This document shows positions 45,721-63,839 of a stretch of DNA of 64,000 bases, piece by piece (positions within the stretch are counted from its first letter, which is position 1; each line of letters starts with the position of its first letter). The position numbers and the translations under genes are program-made. The stretch is from Eimeria praecox (taxonomy: Eukaryota). The notes below the pieces were generated by a model. That model saw nothing but the letters and a program-made list of their open reading frames with translations, did no database searches and was not told the origin of the DNA. The stretch covers positions 4,278,001 through 4,342,000 of the forward strand of contig OY986946.1 in NCBI GenBank assembly GCA_963920595.1. The letters are read 5' to 3'.

Positions 45721-47639
45721 AAGAAACAAATGCACCTCTACAGAAGTAAGAAGCCCTCCTTCACTGACACCTCATTAAAGCAACCATCATATCTGGACGA
45801 GCGACACAGACAGAGTAGTTCCTCCACATGTATTTTTTCTCGCTGCGTAGACTTCTCTCCTACGGTAGGCTGCAGATACTAACATTGTTACGATGTGATG
45901 TGGAGGCCACAAGTTGACTGTCTATCCACCGGAGGAGACTATATGATCTGTCTCGATGAGAACAAGCCGAGGTGAAGCTCTTATGAAGGCTAGGGGGGGG
46001 GAGGGGGGGGGGAGGAGGGGGTGGGGGGGGGCAACACCCAACGGCCCTTTGTCTTTCCCGTAAAGCGCCTTTGCTGCTAATAATTGCTATGCTTGCTTCC
46101 TCAGTGTGGGGTGGGGCTTTGCTGATTACGCCTGCCTCGGTGAATGAAGGGCTGCTGTTAAGTGAAGCGAAGGCTCTCGCACTTAGCTGCGAACCCTCGT
46201 CAGCTGCAATAGAGAGACAGACTCAAAATAAGAGTCCCCCAAAGCAGCTGACAACCCGTCCCCTCTCGAATAAACCTAAGAACAGCTACTCAACAATCTG
46301 GGGCTGATGGCCCGGAGAGGAGCCCCAGATCCTTGTTGTATGGTGCGGCTAGTCTTGCTAGAACTGTTGCTGCAGGACAAAGCCCTGCATGCTCGTGCCG
46401 TCATACCCCCCTTCGATGCATGCATAAACACTGTAGAAAAATGTTAAACACTTGATTGGCCCTCAGCATCTACCCCGCATGCAAGTAAAGATAAACACAA
46501 AATCTCTCTATACTTGCAGGGCTACACTTATATAAGAACGCCTTCTCCAGACCAGCCCCACACGTAGGGAGACACAAGTCCCCCCATGTATGCATGCAGA
46601 AACATGTTAATTAATTTTAAATTATTTTATTTTATTAATATTAAATCTGTGAGCAGATACAAATGTATAGACAGTCTGATAGCGGGTGGTGCATGCTCTC
46701 TAGCGAAGTTAGGGGTTTATATCTATTTATATGTGTATGGATATATAGGGTCTATATCATCTAAAAATATATTATTTAATACTTTAAATCTATTTTAAAT
46801 ACAAACAAAGATAAGAAACATACTATCTTCTATAAATATAAGAAGAGAAGCCACGCTTATCTGCTGCTGCTGCATGCAGCGCATGCAGCCCCATTATTTT
46901 GTGAGGTGTTAACGTGGGGCGCCAGCAGCAGCAGCAGCAGCAGCAGGTATAATCAAGTTGTTTTGAGGGGGAATAGCTCTTGTTTTTTTGTTTATTTTGC
47001 TTTATATTTATATTTTAAAACCATATTCGAGGTGAGATAGTTGATGCGGCTATCGCTACATATACATTCAGCTCCTACTGCTTCTATATCCTGCTGCGGA
47101 AGACTTATGCTGCTGTATAAATTGATTTCTATCTTGTTTTTTGTTGGTTTTTTTCGGGGGTTTTTAAATATTTATGTTAAATTCGAGTTTATATTTATAT
47201 ATATTCATAAAATTGGAGAAAATAGACATAGAAGGACTGTGATGAGGCCTCCTACGTGGCTTGCATGCCGCGCTCATAGCGCTTGTTCTCAAATATCGAG
47301 AGGGTTTAGGGTTTAGGGTTTTGGGTTTGAAGCGATTAGGGTTTAGGGTTTAGGGTTTAGGGTTTAGAGTACATTGTATGGGGGGGGAGGGGTTTAGGGT
47401 TTAGGGTTTAGGGTTAGGCCCTCGTATTAATAAACAAAGCAGATTCAGGGTTATGTAGCTTCTCTCTCTTTTTGTTTTATTCTCTGTTTCTCCTTCGTTG
47501 TTTTCGTGATGTTGTTGTCGACTCGGTAAAACATCTTGTGTTTATTGTTGTGTGGGGTGCAGCAATTAGCAGCAGCAGCTGCTGCTGCTGCTGTTGCTGT
47601 ATTGCTGTAGTCAACATGCTTCTACATACAACAGGATAT

Positions 47640-47670
<31 letters not shown>

Positions 47671-47747
47671 TTGTCTTTCTTTGTATATATATCTGTATAT
47701 CTATATATTTGTATTTCTGTATATCTCTCTATTTACCTATCTATCTA

Positions 47748-47820
<73 letters not shown>

Positions 47821-47852
47821 GGTGTGTGTGTACAGGTATAATAATAGCGAAG

Positions 47853-48113
47853 ATGGCTCGTGAGCTTCGTGACATTCGTGAGTTTCTCCAAACAGCGCGA
47901 AGGAAAGATGCAAGGAAGGTTATAATATTAAGGAGTATGAAGAGAGGGAAGGGGAATATATATACAGCATCATCAACATTAATAACTAAATTCAAAATAC
48001 GTTGCTCCAAACATTTATATACTCTCGTTGTTGCAGATAAAGCAAAGGCACAAAAAATTGAGAGCTCACTACCGCCTGCCCTCAAACAGCAGGTTATTCC
48101 CCCTCGAAAGTAA
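47853..48113 (+). CDS. RPL38: 60S ribosomal protein L38 (eL38)
   Basis: [20 protein letters not shown]...[31 protein letters not shown] is typical eL38. The CDS is intronless, with a probable 5'-UTR intron (GT ~47526, AG 47835). Confidence 0.96.
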   Translation: MARELRDIREFLQTARRKDARKVIILRSMKRGKGNIYTASSTLITKFKIRCSKHLYTLVVADKAKAQKIESSLPPALKQQVIPPRK

Positions 48114-48384
48114 TATAATTAATTAATTTAATTTAATTTAATTTAATTAATTAAATTAAATTAAATTAATTATATTATATTAAGAAAGTCAATATAATAC
48201 TTTAGATATATACACAAACACAAACGAGGAGGCGAAATATACGAACCAGACACCCCGCTTTTGTTGCTGCTGTTGCTGCAGCAGCAGCAGCAGCAGCAGC
48301 AGAGGAGCAGCAGCAATGGCGGTAGATGTTGCAGCAGATGCTGCAGCAGCAGCGGTGGCAGCAGCAGCAGCTGTTTCTGCTGCT

Positions 48385-48416
<32 letters not shown>

Positions 48417-48606
48417 GCCATAACTCCTGTAAGTAAAGCTTATTGCTTTTGTTTGTTTTTGTGTATTTGCGGCGTCTTAGTATAATTGGGGTGTACAGAC
48501 ACCTCAAGGTTTGTAGAAAGATAGACAGATAAACATGTAGATACAAAATATATAGTTATAAAACAAACAGATACAGCCACAGCAGCGCCTTCTACCTGCT
48601 GCTGCT

Positions 48607-48639
<33 letters not shown>

Positions 48640-48987
48640 AGCAGCAGCTTTTAGTTTGTTTGCCGTGTAGCTGTGTAGCCCGCATAAGACGTACAGCTGC
48701 TGCTCTCTTCGCTGCAGCAGCAACTTCTGCTGCTGCAGCTGCTGCTGCTGCAGCAGCAGCAGCTGCTGCTGTTTGCTGTTGCAAGGATGGCTTTGGGGTT
48801 TTACGGGTAGAATAAAATATAAACAAAAAATTATAAAGAAGTCGGGGGGTAGAGCCGACCCCACTGCTGCAGCTGCTGCTGCTGTTGCTGCTGCTGCAGC
48901 AGCTGCTCATGCTGCTGTTGCTGCTGCAGCTAATGCTGCTGCTGCTGCAGCTAGTGCTGCTGCTGCTGCTGCTGCTGCTGCAGCATC

Positions 48988-49059
48988 TCAATGAGTTGTT
49001 AGTCTGTGTATTTGTTTTTTGTGTTTGTTGTTTCGTTTCTTTGCATTTGTTTTATTGCT

Positions 49060-49090
<31 letters not shown>

Positions 49091-49291
49091 AGCAGCATTT
49101 GTATGAGCATATGTTTTCTTTCTTTTTCTGTTTTTGGGTATAATATGCGCGAGACAGATAAGTCATTAAACGCAGGAAGATAAATCTGAAAGGATGTTTG
49201 AATCTCCTGCTCCTCTACATACGGAAGCAGCTGCAGCAGCAGCAGGGCCCCACGAGCAAAGCCCACCCACCTGCAGCACCCTGGGGCACAA

Positions 49292-49323
<32 letters not shown>

Positions 49324-51082
49324 TGCTGCTGTTGTTGCTGCTGCTGCTGCTGCAGCAGCAGCAGATTTGCTGCTGCTGCTGCTTGAGAGATCCTTGGACC
49401 CGCAGCTAGAAGCATCTTTCGCCTTCTCATAGACAGCCAGACACTCCCCTCCTAATCCTGCTGCTGCTGCTGCTGTTGCTGCTGCTGTTGCTGCTGCTGT
49501 TGCTGCTGCTGTTGCTGCTGCTGCTGCATCTGCTGCTGCTGCATCTGGCTCTGCATCTGCTGCATCTGTAGCTGTATTTGCTGCTGCACTTGCTGCTGCT
49601 ATCTGCGGTATATCTTCTCTATCTGTTATATTATTTTCTATATTTTTAATATTATCTTCTTTATTATTAATTATATTATATTTATTTATTATTATATTTA
49701 TTGTATCTGTCTGTCTCTTCATCATATCCACTAAGCCGAAATCACCAAACAAACTTCTTCGCATCTCGTAACAACTTAACACATTACCCACCAACACAAA
49801 ACCCCTCATACCCGGGGCCCCTGGGGCCCCCGGGGCCCCTGGGGCCCCCGGGGCCCCTGGGGCCCCTGGGGGCTCTGGGGGCCCTGGGGCTTTTGGGGCC
49901 CCTGGGGATCCTGGGGGCCCTGGGGGCCCTGGGGGCCCCTTGGGTCCTTCATGATTCGGGGCCCCTGGGGCCTCTGGGGCCCCTGGGGCCCCTGGGGGCC
50001 CGTCAGGTCCTTCCGTTGTCGGGGGCCCCGGGGGGCCCCTGGGTCCTTCAGGCGTGGGGGCCCCTGGGGGCCCCTCAGGTCCTTCCGGTGTCGGGGGCCC
50101 CTGGGGGCCCCCGGGTCCTTCAGATGCTGGGGGCCCCCAGGATAAGCCTTTCAGAGGTGGGGGGCCCTCAGGGGGTGTTGAAGCCGCCAAATGTTTGCTC
50201 GAGAAGCAGCAGTTAGAACTGCTGCTGCTGCTGTTGCTGCTGCTGCTGTTGCTGCTGCTGGTGTTTCTGCTGCTACTGTTGCTGCTGCTGCTGTTGCTGC
50301 TGCTGCTGTTGCTGCTGCTGCTGTTGCTGCTGCAGCTGCTGGTGTTATTGGCGCTGCTGCAGTTTCTCTTTGTGTTGCTGCTGCTGTTCGTGCTGCTGCT
50401 GCTGTTTTCGCTGCTGGCGGCGTCGCTGTTGCAACTGCTGCTGCTGTTGCTGCTGCTGTTGCTGCTGCAGCAGCATATGGAGTCTGCATGCAGCGTGTTG
50501 TGGTGCTCGTTGAGATGTATCTTGGGGCTGCACGAGAAGCAGCAGCAGCAGAAGGGCTGTAGATACAGCTCGCGTCCTATCACATCTCCATAGAGGTCAG
50601 CATCACAGTGTGGGGCGAAGTAGACAGCGACTACGGCATGATTATTATCTACTGTATTTATATTTAGCTTTGTTTTATGTTTATTCATGGGTTTAAAAGA
50701 AGAAAATAATAAAAAAGATATATATATATCTAAAGAAGACATGATAGGATCTTGGATATATACACCACAAACACATATCCCCAGCAGCTGCTGCAGCAGC
50801 AGCGCAGCAGCTAGCTGATAGCGGCAGCTACGAACATCGCTGCATGCAGTGGGGCTACCAAGCCCCAAACAAATTAACTCGTACCTTACAGTCTCTTCCT
50901 CTAATACGTTTAGGGGGGCCCCCAGTGCTTCAGGGGGCCCCGGCCCCCTCCTCCCCCCTCGGGTGTACATACACCGCAGCTCTGCATGCAACGCTTCTAT
51001 TAATTTGTTTTTTGTTTCCTTCCAAAACTCAGAAGCCTCAATTTCTGACTTCAGCTGCAGCACAGCAGCAGCAACAGCCTCC

Positions 51083-51121
<39 letters not shown>

Positions 51122-51360
51122 GATGTTGTTTCTGCTGCTGCTGTTGCTGTTGTTGCTGTTGCTGCTGCTGCTGCTGCTGCTCCTAAAGAGCTAAGAGGGG
51201 GCCCAGGGCCTCTGTATCTGTGCAAGGTTTTCGCAAACTCCCCCGGGGATCGTCTTAGACGATCCCCGGGATCGTCTGAAGATACGATCCCGCCTCCAGC
51301 AGAACGGCGGCCGCCCCCCCTCCGAGAGACAAACTGCCAGGCTTCATCTTCCTTACACAT
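48988..51360 (-). CDS. SRR1-like domain protein (intronless) with collagen-like G-x-y insertion
   Basis: Motifs occur in SRR1 order: [33 protein letters not shown]...Y, AFNDLSV. Confidence 0.85.
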
Positions 51361-51365
51361 CAGAA

Positions 51366-51421
51366 CCCCTAAACCCTAAACCCTAAACCCTAAACCCTAA
51401 ACCCTAAACCCTAAACCCTAG
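51366..51421. repeat. (CCCTAAA)n array immediately upstream of the SRR1-like ATG
   Basis: Direct observation. Confidence 0.92.
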
Positions 51422-51485
51422 ATAAGAGCAGCGATGGTTGCTGAAGGGCCTCTGAGGCCCCGTTTGCTCCCCTCAGCTTCTTGTG

Positions 51486-51524
<39 letters not shown>

Positions 51525-51831
51525 AAATAAAACAAATAATTAATTTATTAAAAACAAATAAAATCAAAATATGCTCGAAGATATCAAGAACAACTGGCTG
51601 GGCTTAGAGGTACTACCCTGGGGGGGGGGGGCCCCCACCCCCGCTGTGGGGCCCGGGGGCCCCCCCCCCCCTCCCTGGGGGGCCCCCCTCCCCTCCCTCC
51701 CTGTATAATTTATTTATTTGTTTGTGTGTGTTGTTTGTTGTCTTTGTCTTCGTCTTTGTATTATTAATTAATCCCGCAGATATTTATTTATATTCGTAAA
51801 TAATTCTACTCCGCCGTATGAGGCAGGGGAG

Positions 51832-51875
<44 letters not shown>

Positions 51876-51902
51876 TACAGCAGCAGCAGCAGCAACACCA
51901 GT

Positions 51903-51933
<31 letters not shown>

Positions 51934-52165
51934 GCAGCAGGGAGAACAGCAAGAGCCTGCTTGCAGGGCCTCCCCCAAACAACGCCTTGTGTATTGGGGG
52001 GAGGGGGGCCCCCAGCTCAAGACAGGCGTAGCAGCAGCAGTTCTGGTGTCTGTACACCTGGATCTAACTCCTTATGCTCCAGCTCCCTTCATTATCTAGC
52101 TGTCTAACCCGCACGTACCTTTTATAACAGCTGCAGCAACTGCAGCAGCAGCAGCAGCAGCAGCT

Positions 52166-52214
<49 letters not shown>

Positions 52215-52221
52215 CAGCGCC

Positions 52222-56409
<4,188 letters not shown>

Positions 56410-56875
56410 ACCCTAAACCCTAAACCCTAAACCCTAAACCCTAGAATATACATAGAATGTATAGCCCTATGTCTGCAACAGCAGCAGCAGCAGCAGCAGC
56501 AGCGAACTGCTGACAGTAGACAGACGCCCTCGCTCTACTAAACCCCAACAACAGGGTTCTATCAAACCCTAAACCCTAAACCCTCGATAGCAGCGCCGTT
56601 TCAAACCCTAAACCCTAGACAGAAGGGTATTACTAAACCCTAAACCCTAGACAGCTTCAAACCCTGAACTGCTAGATGTAGACAGAAGGATATGTCTAAA
56701 CCCTAAACCCTAGCTAGCTAGCTGTAAACCCTAACCCTAAACCCTAAACCCTAAACCCCCCCGGAAGACGGCTGCATCAATTGTTATGAGGGGAGATCTT
56801 AAAAGAAGAGAAAGTATAAGAAATCGCATTCAGTAAACAGCTTATAAACAGCAGCAAAACCAAACAGATAAGCTT

Positions 56876-56908
<33 letters not shown>

Positions 56909-57109
56909 CTGCTGCTGTTGCTGCTGCTGCTGTTGCTTCTATTCTAAGCACAAGGGCGACACAGACCTGCGGGCTCGCTGTCTATACACCGCAGAGAGAG
57001 GAAGCCCTATACACTGCAATTGAGAAAATGCTGATGTGAGGCCCGCCATCATCCTACTCCGTCGCCCTCCTCCTTCTCCCTTAAAAACAGCAACGAGATT
57101 ATCAAGAAT

Positions 57110-57357
57110 ATACATGCATGCAATGAGGTGTATATACAGCTGACTTTGCATGCATGCATGCATGCATGCATGCATGCAATGAGGTGTATATACAGCTGAC
57201 TTTGCATGCATGCATGCAACAACAGGACGGTTGACAGCAGCATGCATGCATGCATGCAGCAACAGTAGAATCAGCAGCATGCATGCATGCATGCATGCAT
57301 GCATGCAGCAACAGTAGAATCAACAGCATGCATGCATGCGCTTGCATGCATGCATGT
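57110..57357. repeat. (TGCA)n / TGCATGCA palindrome cluster with duplicated spacers
   Basis: ATGAGGTGTATATACAGCTGACTT occurs twice and GCAACAGTAGAATCA twice between TGCA runs. TGCATGCA is a known apicomplexan/ApiAP2-type motif. Confidence 0.9.
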
Positions 57358-57472
57358 GTTTCTATTTGAGTATAATGAAGTAAGTACGATGAAGTTGAGA
57401 ATGGTTGGGACCTGTCATCAATTTAAAACTCTTATTACGAGTCTGCGTTCGAACCAACTAAAAGCACTTCCC

Positions 57473-57564
<92 letters not shown>

Positions 57565-57570
57565 TGTCTC

Positions 57571-57644
<74 letters not shown>

Positions 57645-57896
57645 CCTCTGTCTCTGTCTTCTCTCCCTCTGTCTCCTTCTTCTCTCTCTGTCTCTGTCTG
57701 TCTCCTTCTTCTCTCTCTGTCTCTCTTCATCTCTCTCCCTCTCTCATATTCCTTCTATCTTCCTCCTCTCATATCTTCTAGCTGTCGAATCGCCTAGTCC
57801 AGCCCCACCAAGAAAACCAGCATGCATGCAGAGAGTGCATGCATGCATGCATGCATGCATGCATGCATGCAGTGTGTGTTGTTAGCCAGCCCCAAG

Positions 57897-57958
<62 letters not shown>

Positions 57959-57962
<4 letters not shown>

Positions 57963-59068
57963 TTTCTGTTTTTTCTTGGTTTTTTTTTAATAGTGCTTTT
58001 CAATGCTTCTGTCTCTTGCTGCAGTGTAGCTTGCTTCTCTACATGTTTGAAGAATGATGCTATAGAGGTTTTAAGTTTATGAACAGCAGCATCTGCCTCT
58101 TCTGTCTTCTTTGCTTTGCCCATAACTATCCCTAGTTGACTTAGGAAGCGCTGAGCTTCAATAATGTGTTTATCTTCTACGGGTTCCCCAGATATAGTTT
58201 TGATGGTTTTATTTTTATTTGTTTCGTATAATTGTAGTGTTTGTATTATACTATCTTGAAAGGGCTTCAAATATATAACAGCAGCATCTCTAATTAATTT
58301 TATTTTATTATATATATTATCTGCAATATCTTCTGTTTCCTTTTTTATATTTATTATATCTTCAAGACTCCACTCTTTGAAATGTTTTAATTGTATTTCT
58401 ATATCATCCCATCTATCTTTTATATTATTTATATCTGAGTTTATTAATATATCTTCTATCGCAGTCTTTGCTTCAGTAGCAGCAGCAGCATCAATCAACT
58501 CACATGCCTCCAGGCTTTCTGCTGCACCTGTCATACGTTTGTCTACTGTTGAGGTGTATAGACAGTAGGAGTCTGCTGCAGATTTAAATAAAACAGGGAG
58601 AGAATCTAAAATAGATATAGCTTCTGCTCTTACTTCTTTCATTTGTGAAGCAATAGCTGTTTGTTTCTCTGAGACAAGAGCTGCTGCTGTTTTGGGTTTA
58701 ATTTGCGGTGTATGTACAGCTTGTTTTCTAGCATGAAATGTAAGAACTCCCCCTAAAATAATAATAAATAAACCTAAACATGCAGCAATTATTGTTTTCT
58801 TTCTATTTGTATCTTCTGCCTTTGCTGCCATTTTAATAACTGCACTCGGTATAACATCATTAACTCCTTTTGTGGAGAGAGCAGTACCGTCAACATAGAC
58901 ATCTAGGCTTTCTAGCCTAAGTCCCTGTTCTTCTATGCTTGCTTCATCTAGCTTATCTCCTCGTACGTAATACGAAGCAGATTCGCTCTTTATTATATGT
59001 GTTAATAGTATAAAACCACCTACATATATATATACAAGATTGATATGCAGACGCAACATCATCATCAT
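57959..59068 (-). CDS. Hypothetical intronless secreted/single-pass membrane protein with helical C-terminal domain
   Basis: About 370-aa stop-free ORF of complex sequence in AT-rich DNA. Hydrophobic N-terminus, TM segment IIAACLGLFIIILGGVLTF after RKK, then an amphipathic helical region. Confidence 0.7.
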
Positions 59069-59483
59069 CAACAAATACACAGTACACTTGTTTTAAAAAA
59101 ACCTGCAAATAACAATCTATTTCAAATAAAATAAAAGAGAGAGAAAGAGAGAGAGAAGAAAGACAGAGAAGAAAGACAGATAAAGAGAGAGAAAGAGAAA
59201 GAGAGAGAAGGGAATAAGGAGAGGAGCAGATATATATATATATATATATAGCTCTAAACTCCTCTATCAACAAGACACAAACATACAATCTAAGATACTA
59301 TCGCCTCTGTAGCGATAAGCTGTTTCTATGAGGAAGTCTTAAGAAAGAAAATGAGAGAAGATATAAAACGCCCTAGGGTATATACATTGGGCATATAAAG
59401 ATTTAGATATTATATTTAAGAAAAATATATATATATATAACAAACTAATAAAGAATAAACAATATCTCGCAGCTGCTGCAGCT

Positions 59484-59521
<38 letters not shown>

Positions 59522-60114
59522 GATGCTGCAGATACGAATAGATCTGGTCTGGTATGAATATATTGTTTTATTGATTATATCCTTCAAATAAATATTATTT
59601 AAATATTAATTTACAAACAAACAGACAAGAAGATGAAATGTTTGATGATGTTGAGCACAGCATGCAACATCCCCCAAAACCCGAAAGAGCCTCCTGGCGG
59701 GGCTTAAGGCTCAACATTATCGAAGATATAAGAAATAGTATATATATTATTATTATTTTAATATTTTATTTGTTTTTTATTATTTATTATCTTAATTAAA
59801 GTTACTTCATTAACTCATATACATATACACTTGTTCAAAAAATAATACAAACTGATGCATCCTCCTCTCTAGATCACTATACGACTCCCCCCGATCCCGA
59901 TCCCGATCCCGATCCCGATCCCATCAAAGCGATCCCAGGCTAGTCAAATACCTAAGAGGCAGAAAAAATTGAAATAGGCTCGTATCTCTCAGAATTTTGA
60001 GGTTAAATATTACTACAACAACTGCCGATGCTTACAAGCATTATAACAAGGGGCTTAAGGCTTAGCTAGCGAATCCCGTGAGCCACAGCTAAGTCAAAAT
60101 CTTAAGAAGAAATA

Positions 60115-60174
<60 letters not shown>

Positions 60175-60366
60175 AACTTCAGACAGACAGATAGTCCACG
60201 TTGTTTGACAGTATTGAACTTCAGAGTTCTACTATTATGGGGGTGAGCCCCCTTCCGGGCTTCAGATATCCTTAGAAGATATTCTAAATAGAGGCGAGAG
60301 ACTGGGGAGAACAGATGATGGCCTCTTAACAGTTGCAGCGCTTCTTCCTGCTGCAACAGCATACAT

Positions 60367-60438
<72 letters not shown>

Positions 60439-61789
60439 GAGGAAGCTCTCGATATAGAGTTATATAGATAACTCTCCCTCCTTAGTGAACAGAAACCCAA
60501 CGGTAGGCTACGAACTCCTACATCTATGAATTATAACTATATAATTATAAATTATTATACACTATTACAATTATTATAATAATTATAATTATAATTATAA
60601 ATTATAACAGAGGCTCTCCCTAGAAACACGCAATTCTTATTTGACTTTGCTGCTATAAGGAAGCTACGGAGTGATACGGTCGAACTCGCATAAATGATGT
60701 AGTGTTTACGCCTCAAGCAAATGATAACTGTACTATCCCCCTTCTGTCTGACAGAGAAGAAAAGGGCTGTGTAGGTGGCATAGATATAAGATCTCTTGAA
60801 GGTGGGGCTGTTCATACCCCCTACACCCTTGAAAAATTAACGATAGCAGATGCCTCATAACAAATTCCTCACTCACCAACAAAGGAAAACGTGTTGAATG
60901 GGGCATTTGATTCTTAGACAACAAAGATGCCCCCCCCCTTCACTCCAGGTTCTACGGGCATGAAAGAACAGCCCCGAAAAAGAAGAAGAGAGGCCAGACA
61001 AACGCCCTGACAAGAGTAAAACGTGCGATGGAGAGTTGGAACCAAAAGAGTGAAGGTGAGGATTAGCAGCCTCACATGCAGATCGTATCGATTCAACATT
61101 GTACTTCCCTGAACTCTTATTAATGGTCCCGAGCCGATGGCTCTCCTTCGCACAGTGTACGAACTAGGTCAGGTATGTGAAGCTACGGTGAAGGCGTGCA
61201 ACCTGCTTGTCTACTCGTTGGGGGCGGCAAACATGGCAGCAGACTCGGCAATAGCTTCTGCAGAAAATGCTCTCCCCATTCAGGATTGGGGCATACTGTA
61301 ATGATACGACACTTTTACTTGGGATCAGTTCGCTAAGACACGCCCCTAGGCAGCCCATAGATGAGCCGGTAGAGGAGGCGGTTGGTGCCTCTATGCGACA
61401 CTGTTTAGGAGTTTTTTGTTACCTGTCTGTGGAGTTTGTCAGCTCTTCCCCAATGCATTGAATCTTCTACTTTGACAGGTGTGGAATCAGTAGTCGAAAA
61501 AGAAAGTAGCGGTGGGGCTCCTACACAATCCTGAGGAGCTGCCGAAAATGGAGGATAAATGCATGCACTCCGCTTAGATGATCTTACAACTAAAGCGCAG
61601 TTGGGGGATTCAGGGTAGCTAACAACCGGAAAGCAGCAGAAGAAGACACAACCTGAGGTAAGAGGTCTAAGGATTCAATGAGAAAGGACTCTCAGGGGGC
61701 TAGTTAGATTGACAGTCAATGCACCGCAAGGGAATAACGTGAAGCTCCAATCTTTGCGCCGAGACAGGGGCGGCCTTTGAAGATCAGAA

Positions 61790-62480
61790 AAGATATCGTG
61801 AGGCAACCACAAGAACTGGTTAGAAAACGCAACGTCTAATGTTTAAGTAGAGCATTTGAACACACTCCGATGTTAGAGAAGAAAAACAACAGCAGGTGGC
61901 GGTTGTGCTTCCACTTCAAACTCCTCAACAAACACCACGATGGTGCAAGGGCTTTCGATACACAGGTCGACAATCTACTTCGCCGCTTGTACCCTTCAAG
62001 GAGTTCTTCCTGATTGCACTTCGTCTATACGCCTTTGCTGATCCTCATACACCACAGACAGGCACAAATCTGCTTTCCATACCAGCTAGAGCAAAATAGA
62101 GTACGCAATGATGCCTTGGGGGCTCGTTAATGCACCTGCCGTGTTGCAGCGGCAGGCGCCACAAAGCACAACAGTTTTGAGACAATCAATGAGGGATGGT
62201 TTTAATTTTGTGGATGGTGTGCTTGCATTCATATTGAACCTGCAGGACCATCTGCAGCACCTGTGGCATGTTCTGCAGCTGCTACATCAGCGATGATTCG
62301 TACAAGCACGAAAGGGTTTGTTTGTCATGGTAGCTATCAGATTCTTAGGATTTCGTGCCTCTTCAACAGTATTTGAACAAGATCCCCCGAAAATAGAGGC
62401 ATTTGCAGGTGAATCTATCCTTCCTCATTCATGCGGGCATTCACAAGTTTCGTGATCTCGTATCGTGATACCGTAGCCCC
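61790..62480 (+). mobile_element. Degenerate Ty3/Gypsy (chromovirus-like) reverse transcriptase pseudogene
   Basis: Ordered RT blocks: TPMLEKKNNSRWRLCFHFKLLNK, TDRHKSAF, MPWGLVNAPAVLQR, FVDG (YxDD decayed), DHLQHLWHVLQLL, RFLGF, DPPKIEA; broken by stops and frameshifts. Confidence 0.85.
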
Positions 62481-63790
62481 ACCCCTTCACTCACTAGCAC
62501 CGCCGCCTCTCTTACTGGATCTACTGAAGGAAGAACACCCTTTCCCCCACCCAAAGAATTGGCTATGCGCGCATGTGAGCTGTCCTGCATTACTAGTTGT
62601 AACATAGTGTGTAGCAGCCACTGGCAGGCAGCACTGTGCCCCCACAAGCTCCATGTCCTTGGGCGGCTGTGCCCAGGCGAGCAAGTGGGGGAAGGGGATA
62701 TCAGCTATTTCTTTCGAGCTCTTTGTTAAGATCTCTCACTCTATTGCAGCTCACGACAGTCCTCAGCTAATAACGATGTCTCTCGTCGTAGCTTGCGTGG
62801 GCGCTCACTGCTAGGAGCAAAACAAATGTTGAACCATTGCCTGCAATGTACGTGTATTCTCCCAACAGATATTCCTCATGCTTGAATGCGGGGTTACTAT
62901 GCTGTAGGATTCGCAGCACAACTAAAGACAGACACACCCCCCACCCCCCCCTCCCCCTCCTCCCCCCCGTCAGACTGGCAGCAGGATGCCGGTGTATGCA
63001 GAAGGGCTGTAGGCCTGAGGAGAGGTCGATTGTTTGGGGGTAACAGTAAGCTTGAATGTTTTGTTTCTGCTGTGGTTGACGATGGCCCTCGAGTAAGATC
63101 GAGGCCTGTCGTTCTAAACGATCGAGAGAACAGCTATCGCAGGAAACCTGCTGAAACTAACAATATTTTTCGAGAATTCAACCCCAAAACCTGTTTAATA
63201 ATAATAAAAATAAAATTTATTTAAATTTTAATATAATTTTTATTTGATTTCAAAGTTGTTTATAGGTATTCATGGAGTACAATGACCTGAGCGATGGGGC
63301 TGGCGTTTGATGTGGCTGTTGTATGGTTTGCTCGTGCATGCATAAGAAAGCTGCATATTTATTTTAATTTCTAAATTTTATTTTATATATTTATATTTAT
63401 TTTTAAAAGAGAAGGATCATTTATATTCATTTTCTCTTCGCGTACAAGGCAAGGTATCTAGATTCAGGGTGAGAGAGTGGTGTTGGCAGCGGCGGGTTGC
63501 GTGTTAGGGTTTTTCTTGTTGTTTATTCTTGTTGTTTCTTCTTTCTACATGCGCGAAAACACATTTTTATATTCTTATCCAAAGATATTTATTAACTTTC
63601 CTTCGATTTAACGCCGAATGCTATACGCTATTACGCTGTCGACTCGCGAAACCTCTTCTAGTCTTGGCGTACAGGAGAGCTACGAGCCCGCGACGACTCG
63701 TAGATAATTTTGCCTGTCTTTTTCTTGTTTTATTCTCTTTTATTGCATGAATAGATACGTATGGTGTTGTTCTTATTCTTAACGAGAGAG

Positions 63791-63839
<49 letters not shown>

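Noticed and set aside
59670..60070. RNase MRP/P candidate (ACAAGGGGCTTA resembles CR-V)
   Set aside because: No upstream GAAAGTCCCC-type P4 partner was found.
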